Source: a virus
Lineage: Duplodnaviria; Heunggongvirae; Uroviricota; Caudoviricetes
IMG/VR virus record: IMGVR_UViG_2568526411_000004
Length of the DNA: 22,737 nucleotides
Direction: 5' to 3' (one strand)
Both the position numbers and the translations under genes were made by a program. Under the pieces are notes generated by a model. The model did not search any database and was not told where the DNA came from. It saw only the letters and a program-made list of their open reading frames with translations. Within the stretch, counting starts at the first letter, position 1. Every line of letters starts with the position of its first letter. Positions 16,401 to 22,737 of this stretch are shown piece after piece.

Positions 16401-19173
16401 GAGCCTCTTTGGCTACGTTTTGCGCTAAATTTGCCGTGTTCTTAGCGGTAGCCGCTGCATCTTTTGCGGCATTGGCTACGTTTTGCGCTGCCGACGCTGC
16501 GCCTTGAGCTGCTGACGCTGCATCTTTTGCGGCATTGGCAGTTTGCTCAGAGGTATCAATTTTTTCCTGTAAGGCAGTATCTAAAACGCTTTCGTCAATA
16601 TGCCCAGAAATAACTTCAAGTACTTTATCCGGGTCAATATCTGGTGCAGCCGATACAACATCAGACCATTCGCCAGAGATTCCGAATTTGTCCACTAAGC
16701 GAGCGCGGAACCAACGCGTATCACTCAGGTTTAAACCTGTCACTTGGTGGGCTTTCATTGGGTCTGGATATGTGCCTAGTAGAGCAAAGTTAGCTTCTAA
16801 TGAGTTGTCTAGGCTCATTTGAATCTCTACGTGATCAACGCCTTTGGTGCCCGGCGCGTATTCCCATGCAAGGTCAATGGCAAACATTGCAGGCGTAGCT
16901 TTAAATAAGCCTAGTTTTGGCAATACCGAAGCTTGGCCATTAACTTTTGTAGGAATAGAGTAGGTTGCTGGTGAACGGCTGCCAGTGGACGAAATAGCTA
17001 CTACTTGAGCCACATATTCACCCTCGTAGACATTCTCAATCTCTACGCTTAATCCTTTTGTAATTGGAAGTGTGAACCAGTTACCTTCGGTTTTCTTATA
17101 CTTAACTTCGTAAGAAACAGCGTTCGGCACTTGCTCCCAATTGATCGACATGTTTCGAACCGTAATACCCTGTTCGATACGTGCTTCTTCAATGATTTCA
17201 ACATTCTTTGTCGCCTCAATGAGTGACGGCGAAATGATTGTCACATTCGGACTATCAAGCTGAATGTTGCTTTCGATGAAGTCGAATTTGCTTGGGTTGT
17301 GAGCGATTGTAGTGATCGTGTAAGTTCCCGGAGCATCCTCGCTGTCACCAATGGCAACTACACGCGCAAGTTGAGGCTCTAACTCTGGAGACTTAACAAT
17401 CCAAACGGCGTTATCCGTTGGCAATGTAGAAAGCGCAGTATCCCAGTTGATAACCGAGTTGCCTGTTGCTAAGTCAGTGCCAATGGTCTTGATGTTACGT
17501 TCGACAAAATCACCACTCGCCAAGCGCAACATGATTGATGAGTTTTCGTTGAGAATAATTTCAGAATCGAGAGTTGCTGAAGTTGCAGTTGCGCCAATTA
17601 AACGACCGCCCATTCGTTTGCCTGAGCGATTAGGGTCTGCAATCTGTACAACGTCACCCGGAAGCACAAAGGAAGAATCAACACCAACTTTGAAGGAAAT
17701 GGTGCGTGACTGGTTACGCTCTGTATAAAGCAACCATTTACCGATACGATGCGCCTGACCGCGTGATGTACAGCCGAATGATGTAATTTCAGCTTTACGC
17801 ACGCCGTAACGTTGAATGAGTTCAGGGTCTTCAACATATTCAACGGCGCGTTGATAGTTGCGTTCAGGGTCGTTCCAAGTAATCAAAGCAACTGAATGCA
17901 TGTCTTTTCGAGACGCGCCCGAATAAACAAACTCACCATTAACAACGTTTGAGGCGTTGTAAAGCATGGTCGGCTGAGTTGGCATGTCGCACATGTAGCC
18001 AAATTGAGAGCCAGACCAGTAGGCCATGCCGTTGAATACGGAAGTGATGTCGCTAATTAATTGATAAGCATCTGAAATGCTATTGATTACGGTATTTAAT
18101 GTGAAACGTGGTTCCTTTCCGCCAAAACCATCATCGACCATTTCGTCACAATATTGACCAATCACATATAAGCGAGCAGGGTTTGCATATGCAGGGTCAA
18201 CAAATTGACCTAAGCCATAACGCTCGTTGGTAATAACGTCGTAAAGAATCCATGCAGGGTTATCGCTTGGAGCGAGTTTGAAAGTGCCGTTCCAAGTACC
18301 TTCGTATTTACGCGTTTTGTAGTCATAGTTAGACGGAACGCGAATGAGTAAACCGTCAACTAAGTAAGAACGGGTTGGAATGCTTTGAAATTGTTCTGAC
18401 GAAATACTCAATCCAAAAACGGCTGAGTTTGGATAAGACAAACGCGAACCGATAATTACCGAATAACTATCAAGGTAAATATCGTTTGAAGTTGATGATT
18501 CATTACTCTCAGGACTTACGCGCTCAATCTTGATCGTCCACATTGTTACGCGTGTGCCGTCTTCCGTTTGTTTTGGAAGCGCATACTCGTATTGACGCTG
18601 ATAACGCGAGCGTGTCTTACCTGTGATTTTGCCTTTGCCGATCTCAACAAAATGACTGTTATTCAGCGAGATAGAGAATTTGTACTCGACTGATGAGCCA
18701 ACAATGTCGCCACGACTGGTTGTACTGATCAAAGATGGTGTAGAGATAATTACACGCGCTCTATCTGCATTTGGGTCTGTAATTGAGAAAGTTGCAGGAG
18801 AATCGCGGGTAATAAGCTGCCCAACCGAAGTAGAAGACTCAACAGTGTCGAAACCTTCACCTAAAGATGGCTGGTCTTGGGTTCCTTTAAGCATGGCCCA
18901 AGTTACGTTTTGGAAGTTGTACTCCCCTGCCGCGTTCACCAAAGGCGTATCGTTAAGGAAGATTGACTTAGGGCTGTCATCTACCAAGCCACCAATTTGC
19001 CCCTCACCGAGCAAATCAATCAAAGACAGGAACGATTTCGATTCAAGATCGTCGTCTGATTCACTGCCCCCTTTGCCACCACCGCCACCGCCTGCGCCTG
19101 CGATGACTTTAGGGGCCTTATGTACATCTTTAATAGCTTGATTAATAGTTTGTAGGTTGGTTACTGCTTCCAT
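7495..19173 (-). CDS. Giant lambda gpJ-like tail tip/host-specificity protein (3,892 aa) with multiple inserted receptor-binding-like modules
   Basis: The N-terminal ~870 aa show gpJ-family motifs (LIDLLGEGQI, NPAWILYDVITNERYGLG, GCTSRGQAHRIGKWLLYTE, PGDVVQIADP). These are followed by an Ala-rich heptad stalk, ~10 globular modules between repeated linkers, and a DUF1983-like region (SGYGL...FGVNADNFYIG) near the C-terminus. Syntenic with M-L-K-I. Confidence 0.92.
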   Translation of the reverse strand: MEAVTNLQTINQAIKDVHKAPKVIAGAGGGGGGKGGSESDDDLESKSFLSLIDLLGEGQIGGLVDDSPKSIFLNDTPLVNAAGEYNFQNVTWAMLKGTQDQPSLGEGFDTVESSTSVGQLITRDSPATFSITDPNADRARVIISTPSLISTTSRGDIVGSSVEYKFSISLNNSHFVEIGKGKITGKTRSRYQRQYEYALPKQTEDGTRVTMWTIKIERVSPESNESSTSNDIYLDSYSVIIGSRLSYPNSAVFGLSISSEQFQSIPTRSYLVDGLLIRVPSNYDYKTRKYEGTWNGTFKLAPSDNPAWILYDVITNERYGLGQFVDPAYANPARLYVIGQYCDEMVDDGFGGKEPRFTLNTVINSISDAYQLISDITSVFNGMAYWSGSQFGYMCDMPTQPTMLYNASNVVNGEFVYSGASRKDMHSVALITWNDPERNYQRAVEYVEDPELIQRYGVRKAEITSFGCTSRGQAHRIGKWLLYTERNQSRTISFKVGVDSSFVLPGDVVQIADPNRSGKRMGGRLIGATATSATLDSEIILNENSSIMLRLASGDFVERNIKTIGTDLATGNSVINWDTALSTLPTDNAVWIVKSPELEPQLARVVAIGDSEDAPGTYTITTIAHNPSKFDFIESNIQLDSPNVTIISPSLIEATKNVEIIEEARIEQGITVRNMSINWEQVPNAVSYEVKYKKTEGNWFTLPITKGLSVEIENVYEGEYVAQVVAISSTGSRSPATYSIPTKVNGQASVLPKLGLFKATPAMFAIDLAWEYAPGTKGVDHVEIQMSLDNSLEANFALLGTYPDPMKAHQVTGLNLSDTRWFRARLVDKFGISGEWSDVVSAAPDIDPDKVLEVISGHIDESVLDTALQEKIDTSEQTANAAKDAASAAQGAASAAQNVANAAKDAAATAKNTANLAQNVAKEAQSTAATAQNQANAAKTAADQAVAASNQAKDTADKATSAATTAQTMANSASTAAAKANTAATNAQTTANNAASAASKVASDLTTSTNQLNQKIADEADARTVAISNLKDGLTTETTQRKSEDAALLSNIETFKSSTKGSLSSLQEQITTNATNTDANAQKITSLDSRLTTNEGKTAEAINSAATAQQTASTAVDKANAAANSVTALKSELSSGKGINNIVAPFSDPQELPALGGAGRTVALVDSALRRNGKAYKVSFTAAAHYVYFGTAQAALAPSQMAMQVEAGRAYTFSAWLKALSTAVPSFRFNIMWFIRDPSTGNITTNAGIIFPQGQTDSYVAPNANGQRYSFKPVNSPANTIGATVYVVGNPSGPSAGEYLIDMLMLEESVGSEKPASTWTAGPADLNAIKNALDTNAVAINNLTTRVSNDEGKITSQGNSITQLNNSINTINGTLSNKADATALNALTTRVSNAEGQISSQGSSIVSLQNDLASTNKAVSTKADSSALNSLDSKVSEIDGRVTSTANAVTSLQGSVSSIEKGLSTKADASALNNYYTKTEADSAASGAIDKFNSQLTIGGVNVVANSEAPRTSTAATNREYLLYERSAELKAFYDENLEKPITISFEMSVPVAGPVQVYSSNGSAHQFVTSVNAIIVNQFAKYSVTVSPKAHTASTTVSTIEFYGTYGTGRIPTIRKLHIEAGTKATAWSPSPRDTKAAIDANASAIQTTQTKVDNIDGRLTTATDSITSLNSRMSTAEGNINSTNTAVGGLSTRMATAEGKITNQSDSIASLQNSVTSINGTLANKADSSAVNNLTSRVETAEGKISSQSGQITSLSNSLDLTNSNLNDVNVLARLLSLGKPLRDDPTFKTTSAGGLSAYSFPAGTSWIKQAKSTDNPTGSTNEMLIKATQALGGGWYPTAPTLVLTANKTFLIKQIIKMPVGTKLQAIGNATGTGGYIRILGNDLGTGKFETYYSVVQGGADLSGSTIQGHFRVIAGTNPPVPTVDNPVFVILASYEVFDVTAVNDTIPKAYSDAIAANANAINTLSNTVSQQGNTITSHSNSITQLNNSISSINGALSSKADTSALQSLDSKVTLIDGKVTSNSSALTTLQSSFDGLPNQGVNLLGPEISNPVEKPTNWTSGLPFEIIQSPDTVNVRAFQFTMPASSRNGTYFNIGGGQVPRQWLTEGTYIFSFVAKTVGGTPPHAIEWQLYNVDSTRLRFNITATLTRYSGVFTVPAGGAAACMLLIGNPTGKPAGQVINIERMMLERQVGNNTTPSAWIAGSDPTGMILSTQAKATDLFNTATSQNAATAGRVTSLESRMTTTEGNLNKKADASALQNLDTKVTNVDGKVTSNTNAITALSSTLSNATSSISMNAGNAQGDWTFFNTSGEYSIVAQADGQAGRVIQLGNNAGNDIVWMHPNNFIPFDATKTYRLRARYRRRAGTGTIYLGVSQKTPDKALYVTTANALSGDMGSSNYVVNAHAPAIDEWQEIVAYIKGRSAGAASGSGSKTSPRTVSQQAGFITPMFIANYSAQTGIVELDYLILEDAEAIVGNDANASAISALDTKVSEVDGRLTTATNSITSLNSRMSAAEGNISAANSALSGLSTRMTAAENGLTNQSNAITNLSNSLTVTTNTANAALPKIQGGTGAAKLFRGVLVWQQNGANLTGNIVIQTPITFTNKMFRLSLTGYNYLAAKNEINLNIGGYAYSGTSLLQHGVVNSGTMPIRVRMGVRNGTVVIILTSQAPGAYWQYPKFNIDAEIGYTTPPDEWMNGWSASFMAEADLASNGISAIIEPSLLDISTTLNATASAISNLTNTVSQQGNTITSQSNSITTLTNKITNNDLSNLVLNPDFVDPKSDWTSGVIVDATDAAPNPPSPKALRLNNRDSYYGPFVKCNVGDMFYVSAWFATPNTSVIASAVLGFNTRNSAGTYTWYSVAVKSTDKNAWGMVEGYFTVPNGMVEIRPWLQVSIAASEAAGQQWHVTNIQVRNITGNKKLATDLQATSSALSTLDSKVTNIDGRVTSASNNIVSLNNSVTNINATLAQKADATALNSLSNRVTNAEGNITSQGNSITSLTNSLAVSGKGGTNLLIKSNVVGLYDGVSYPHHTYKLGEDWEIGAKYTLIWCAEHKRGTGDNNSYLAVYAGGGSQTLQSIVNTDGKVISKVTFVKNSAVASGPIIHFYMINRPTADKGTIGTVYWAVLVKGDVLTTDAWIPSPYDYIPDSNANAAAIANLTNTVSQQGNTITSNSSSITSLTNQIGNTKSYSLVTFRNGSAVGMPKAAGVYTGNNTRLYGFGRGLNLIVFKNGDVESCTQYDTYGDIVSACNAIYAAIKALASGTYFAIVGTDNIGSVGNSNPNTDLRALLLASGAGDTYFRSWNWNALPIFVGRKDLDAGNGILGMFDSTVPNQWIEYPLSFVNGVPVGLGDSRTLTTQLDANASAISSLSNTVTQQGKDIASHSSSITSLNNSITNINGTLATKADSSALTNLANRVTTTEGAITSQGSSITSLNASVNGLLKDVAVSDTRSTNQPPSWYWSNYPLRIVREFKQASVLGLTGMGTYVSLETYVYWTDASGGPIIQIARGTDSKLTAERRSTSTSTWGSWTQDIKTLSDGLANKAEASAVNTLDAKVSTIDGKVSTQASNIVSLQTAVGGNTSAISEQSKSIDGIRNIKTITIDNNGVMSGYGLISDLVNGKVTSTFGVNADNFYIGPPSGGKKPFLVTTTNTTVNGVTYPPGTWIDTAYIATASIKSAHIQDAAITTAKIADAAIDTAKIKDAAITNAKIADLTVDTIKIKDNAITVATVAENTQASKILTPSSSTFDACQVTVVTSGTNFVKIDVSPFLYAWNKYSSPQIYLDIYRDDTLIKTFNLPWIQSTEVFKDRSWTEGGSYDVLYNIVVYTMNTMAGSMFTTLDRPAAGTHVYKATLRRTTNWGRDNAMDMARRYNEIEFTNALILITEVKK
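16140..16545 (-). repeat. Ala-rich 7-residue repeat stalk within the tail tip, with 63-bp DNA periodicity
   Basis: Heptads AKDAASA/AQGAASA/AQNVANA/AKDAAAT/AKNTANL/AQNVAKE...; exact 24-bp repeat CGCTGCATCTTTTGCGGCATTGGC at 16453-16476 and 16516-16539; 18-bp TTGGCTACGTTTTGCGCT at 16409 and 16472. Confidence 0.85.
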
Positions 19174-19762
19174 GCAAAAACCCTTTTACTTGATTCGTTT
19201 GAGTGGTTGTAAAAGCTGACAATTCGTTGACAGTCATGCGTACGGAAATAGGCGAAGCACCCGTTTTGATTCGTCCGTAAATCAAAGGAACGGGGTCGCC
19301 TTGCTGCACCGTATTGGTGGCGCCTTGAAAGTAATGAGAGGTTCTGGTTGAGCCAGTTTTGACCTTCGGAGCTAGAAGCTCACTTACCCCGCTCATAACA
19401 AGCGCAAGTCCGGCTTGGAACGCCATTGGGCCAAGCCAGTAGGAAGCGACCATCAAAACCACACCGGCGATGATTTTTCCCCACTTACCTGAACCCGTAA
19501 CGACAGGAGCGAAGTGAACGGATTGAATGTTGTTTGCCGAGAGCAAAGTGTCTTTCGTCAAAAATTCCTTTTTGCCGTTCTTGAAGATGCAAAACACTCG
19601 GTAGTTTTTGTACTTTTGAAGATTTGCTCGCATCCAATGAAACAAACGTCCTGTGTTTGCATCAATGAGAGCTAATGCTTCGCGTGGAGTTTTGATAGCT
19701 AGGTTCCATTCCTTGCCAAACTCCTTGCCCATTGGGCCATGAAGATGAACGCTAACTAGCAT
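19142..19762 (-). CDS. Tail assembly protein, lambda gpI-like
   Basis: V.LHGPMGKEFG..W.LAIKTPREALALI, IHFAPVVTGSG, C-terminal NTVQQGDPVPLIYGR; lies between K and J. Confidence 0.88.
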   Translation of the reverse strand: MLVSVHLHGPMGKEFGKEWNLAIKTPREALALIDANTGRLFHWMRANLQKYKNYRVFCIFKNGKKEFLTKDTLLSANNIQSVHFAPVVTGSGKWGKIIAGVVLMVASYWLGPMAFQAGLALVMSGVSELLAPKVKTGSTRTSHYFQGATNTVQQGDPVPLIYGRIKTGASPISVRMTVNELSAFTTTQTNQVKGFLHGSSNQPTNY

Positions 19763-20510
19763 TTACGTGTCTCAATCGTCTGATGGTGTGCTTTTCCCAA
19801 TAGCCGCCGTAGGTATCAATGGTTGATAAGCGACCTTGAACGTGATGAAGAAATTGATTGTTTCCAATGTAGACGCCGACATGGTTTGCGTGACCGCTGG
19901 CGTCCGTTTGAAACATCAAAACATCGCCCTTTTGAAGCTCTCCTTCGATTTCGAAAAGACCTTCATTGGCGAAGTGGGTGTCGAAAAAATTTGTCTCATC
20001 CTTGAGCCAAAAGTTTTCAAGTCGTGGATAGTTGTTGCTGATCTCAATGTTTAATTCGCGTTTAAGGTAATCAACAACGAGTGACCAGCAATCAAACGTG
20101 CCGTACACATATGGACGACCAACGTAAGGTTGTTGGTATCCAGTCGGCTCAAAGTAAATAAGATCGGAAAATTCAAAGCAGTCTGAGCGCTTATAAATGC
20201 CCATCAAGAACCACGGCAATTCACTTTCTTCGCACGCAGCTAAATCTGCTGGTGTTGGTCGTGCCGGCTCTTCAACATGGGTATGCCAAACGCCTAAAAG
20301 CTCACCTTCTTGCTCCGCTTCAGCCCAAGCGCCGGGATTCATTAAGAAGTTAGTGCGTTTGTTGTGTGCTTCATTTTGCTTTTCGATAACGAGAGTCTTC
20401 TTGCCCACCCCCACAATGAAGCCGCAAGCTTCGTATGGGTAACGAAGCTCAGCAATTTCACGGATTCGGGCAGCAACAGACTGACGAGCTTTAGGATTAA
20501 TCGTCGCCAC
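19752..20510 (-). CDS. Tail assembly protein, lambda gpK-like (JAB/MPN plus NlpC/P60 domains)
   Basis: EACGFIV...HTH-x7-T-x2-D JAMM-like motif; DCWSLV...NHVGVY...FLHH NlpC/P60 motif. Likely start GTG at 20510 rather than 20534. Confidence 0.88.
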   Translation of the reverse strand: MATINPKARQSVAARIREIAELRYPYEACGFIVGVGKKTLVIEKQNEAHNKRTNFLMNPGAWAEAEQEGELLGVWHTHVEEPARPTPADLAACEESELPWFLMGIYKRSDCFEFSDLIYFEPTGYQQPYVGRPYVYGTFDCWSLVVDYLKRELNIEISNNYPRLENFWLKDETNFFDTHFANEGLFEIEGELQKGDVLMFQTDASGHANHVGVYIGNNQFLHHVQGRLSTIDTYGGYWEKHTIRRLRHVNAS

Positions 20511-21207
20511 GTTGAACCCCCGGCATTCCACCAAACGTCAAAACAACATCACTACCTTGTCGGGCTTTGCAGGACGTAAACCGCTTTGGGCAACAGTCCT
20601 TATTGATGTCGTTTGTAGGCTGGTCAAACTCGTCGTAATAGCCACCTGAGTAGCCACATTCAGGGCCTCGATACCGCCATGCGCATGAGTTCTTTAGAAC
20701 TTGTCGATAAGGCAGTTTGATGCCGTCGAAATCAAATGCTGAAGCCAGCTCCCATTCGATGACATCTTTGGTTTCGGTAGCTTTACGATCAACCAGCCAC
20801 ATTTCGTCTGGTAAATGTTGGTCGGGGTTCTCTTCTGGATTGCCGTTGCGGAAATTGACAGCATCAAGATAGCGAGCAAAAGTTCGTTTGCGAGTGATTC
20901 GAGCGCCCACCAGATCGTCCATTTGGATGACCATAGCCGAGAACAAACCGCCCACATTGGCAATTTTTAGCTTAGGGCGTGGCAAAGTGCCTTGAGCTGT
21001 CTTGTCAAAACCGCTGCTTTCGATTGGCATAGGCTTGTAATTCAAGCCTTGCCAAACGATGTCTTGATAGCCCTGCGCGATTCCTGAGTGGAAACGCATA
21101 ATTGAGCCGTTTTCAAACATTGTGGTGTCGATTACAAACAACTCCACCAAAGCTGACGGAGAAAGCGATTGAATCTCCGTCTGAATGTTTACAACTGGAA
21201 TGTTCAC
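20497..21207 (-). CDS. Minor tail protein, lambda gpL-like
   Basis: VWQGLNYKPMPIESSGF, RKRTFARYLDAVNF, and the C-terminal Cys cluster C-x8-C...CC-x5-C typical of the Fe-S-binding gpL. Confidence 0.9.
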   Translation of the reverse strand: MNIPVVNIQTEIQSLSPSALVELFVIDTTMFENGSIMRFHSGIAQGYQDIVWQGLNYKPMPIESSGFDKTAQGTLPRPKLKIANVGGLFSAMVIQMDDLVGARITRKRTFARYLDAVNFRNGNPEENPDQHLPDEMWLVDRKATETKDVIEWELASAFDFDGIKLPYRQVLKNSCAWRYRGPECGYSGGYYDEFDQPTNDINKDCCPKRFTSCKARQGSDVVLTFGGMPGVQRGDD

Positions 21208-21215
21208 GAGTGTCC

Positions 21216-21545
21216 TTACTCAAATACCTGTTCGAATACCCCCGTTATCTGAAGTACTCCGAACCCGACTTGTTTACTTTTCCAAGACCGGCAGACGTAT
21301 CGTCCTAATTCGCCTTCTGGATCAACCCACTCAAACGCCTTAACTGCTCCATGCTGTTTAAGGAAAGCCCGAATTTTTCGGTACTCGTCTAAGTTCTTCG
21401 TGAACGTGACAGTCCATTTATTCGGTTGGGAGTTAATTCCTGTTGCCAGTCTTGCTTCATATCCATCGCCAAATTTCGTGACTGTAACGAGCGGGGTTTC
21501 ATCCCGCTCACAGCCTAAATCTGGACTCCATTCAAATTTTAGCAT
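21216..21545 (-). CDS. Minor tail protein, lambda gpM-like
   Basis: FEWSPD...VTKFGDGYEAR...GINSQ...W.VTF...IRAFLKQHGAVKAFEW.DP...YVCRSW. Confidence 0.9.
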   Translation of the reverse strand: MLKFEWSPDLGCERDETPLVTVTKFGDGYEARLATGINSQPNKWTVTFTKNLDEYRKIRAFLKQHGAVKAFEWVDPEGELGRYVCRSWKSKQVGFGVLQITGVFEQVFE

Positions 21546-21549
21546 AGTA

Positions 21550-21563
21550 AGTCAGTCCTGACT
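21550..21563. promoter_or_regulatory. Palindromic motif copy AGTCAGTCCTGACT
   Basis: Lies 4 nt upstream of the gpM-like ATG, in the only gap between the tape-measure and M genes. Confidence 0.6.
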
Positions 21564-21581
21564 GATTTTTTTGATTGATTT

Positions 21582-21996
21582 TTACTGGTTTGTTGAACGC
21601 AACATACCGCCTGGTCGTTTTTGCTTCACGATCTCTTCCTGAACTAATGACTTGACTCTGTTAGACAAGTCTTTCCAGTTGGATTCGTTGTCTCCGCCTT
21701 TTGAGCTTTCTGTTGTTGTATCTCCATTGTTGTTGACTTCAATGTTGATGCTTACAACCGTGCCCCCACCAACTGGCGCGCCTCCGTTTAGAGCAACCCC
21801 TAAACGTCCTGAAGAATCACGTTGCAATGGCATGACCGCTTCTGGCCCAGCTTCTCCCATTACGCCGTTTGCAAATCCGCCGCCTTTGGCAAACTTGAAG
21901 TAGGTTGGTGAATCGTAAATCCCATTGGTAAATGCCCCGCCGTTAGCAAAAGCATGTGTACCAGCGCCAAAAGCGCCACCGTTAGCAAAGAAAGAG
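21582..21996 (-). pseudogene. 3' remnant of the tail tape-measure gene, severed by IS26
   Basis: FANGGAF...GVMGEAGPEAVMPL.RDSSGRLGV...VKSLVQEEIVKQKRPGGML is the lambda-family tape-measure C-terminus; the reading frame runs straight into the IS26 inverted repeat at 21997. Confidence 0.9.
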
Positions 21997-22737
21997 GGCA
22001 CTGTTGCAAATAGTCGGTGGTGATAAACTTATCATCCCCTTTTGCTGATGGAGCTGCACATGAACCCATTCAAAGGCCGGCATTTTCAGCGTGACATCAT
22101 TCTGTGGGCCGTACGCTGGTACTGCAAATACGGCATCAGTTACCGTGAGCTGCAGGAGATGCTGGCTGAACGCGGAGTGAATGTCGATCACTCCACGATT
22201 TACCGCTGGGTTCAGCGTTATGCGCCTGAAATGGAAAAACGGCTGCGCTGGTACTGGCGTAACCCTTCCGATCTTTGCCCGTGGCACATGGATGAAACCT
22301 ACGTGAAGGTCAATGGCCGCTGGGCGTATCTGTACCGGGCCGTCGACAGCCGGGGCCGCACTGTCGATTTTTATCTCTCCTCCCGTCGTAACAGCAAAGC
22401 TGCATACCGGTTTCTGGGTAAAATCCTCAACAACGTGAAGAAGTGGCAGATCCCGCGATTCATCAACACGGATAAAGCGCCCGCCTATGGTCGCGCGCTT
22501 GCTCTGCTCAAACGCGAAGGCCGGTGCCCGTCTGACGTTGAACACCGACAGATTAAGTACCGGAACAACGTGATTGAATGCGATCATGGCAAACTGAAAC
22601 GGATAATCGGCGCCACGCTGGGATTTAAATCCATGAAGACGGCTTACGCCACCATCAAAGGTATTGAGGTGATGCGTGCACTACGCAAAGGCCAGGCCTC
22701 AGCATTTTATTATGGTGATCCCCTGGGCGAAATGCGC
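21997..22737 (+). mobile_element. IS26 (IS6 family), truncated by the window end
   Basis: Begins with the IS26 left inverted repeat GGCACTGTTGCAAA; the transposase ATG is at IS position 64, as in IS26. About 741 of 820 bp are visible. Confidence 0.97.
22060..22737 (+). CDS. tnpA: IS26 transposase Tnp26 (partial, 3' end outside the window)
   Basis: MNPFKGRHFQRDIILWAVRWYCKYGISYREL...WHMDETYVKV...INTDKAPAYG...NNVIECDHGKLKRIIGATLGFKS; glycine at position 184 (RIIGAT). Confidence 0.97.
   Translation, partial: MNPFKGRHFQRDIILWAVRWYCKYGISYRELQEMLAERGVNVDHSTIYRWVQRYAPEMEKRLRWYWRNPSDLCPWHMDETYVKVNGRWAYLYRAVDSRGRTVDFYLSSRRNSKAAYRFLGKILNNVKKWQIPRFINTDKAPAYGRALALLKREGRCPSDVEHRQIKYRNNVIECDHGKLKRIIGATLGFKSMKTAYATIKGIEVMRALRKGQASAFYYGDPLGEMR

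Noticed and set aside
7949-19141. Numerous 60-153-aa alternative-frame and antisense ORFs inside the tail tip gene
   Set aside because: Expected by-products of biased codon use in an 11.7 kb Ala/Ser/Thr/Asn-rich gene; none has a recognisable motif or RBS.
21582-22001. 139-aa ORF starting at a GTG supplied by the IS26 inverted repeat, and a possible hybrid promoter from the outward-facing TTGCAA
   Set aside because: No Shine-Dalgarno precedes the GTG, and the hexamer 17 bp from TTGCAA is GCTAAC, a poor -10. Treated as a tape-measure remnant, not a new gene.
21982-22587. 201-aa minus-strand ORF
   Set aside because: Antisense shadow of the IS26 transposase gene; no independent evidence.

Overview
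This is a ~22.7 kb segment of a temperate siphovirus-type phage-plasmid, almost entirely coded on the minus strand. By gene content and sequence style it most resembles the ~110 kb Acinetobacter 'AB'/SSU5-related phage-plasmids (recalled from memory, not searched). From right to left it holds: an IS26 (truncated by the window) inserted into the 3' end of the tail tape-measure gene; lambda-like tail genes M, L, K and I; a giant 3,892-aa J-type tail tip protein carrying ~10 stacked globular modules between coiled-coil linkers; a DUF4376 tail accessory gene; a stand-alone 43-aa lipoprotein; a lysis cassette (holin, TIGR02594-type endolysin, unannotated 52-aa membrane peptide); a Rep_3 iteron replicon (iterons, DnaA boxes, AT-rich tract); and a replication operon (hypothetical protein, Hfq/Sm-fold protein, DnaB-like helicase, 27-aa peptide, Zn-finger primase running off the left end). 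The most interesting unexplained signals are the Hfq-like protein with altered RNA-binding faces, a 14-bp palindrome AGTCAGTnnTGACT found five times and only between genes, the multi-module tail tip, an SSB-like acidic C-terminal tail on Rep, and several small genes missing from the ORF track.
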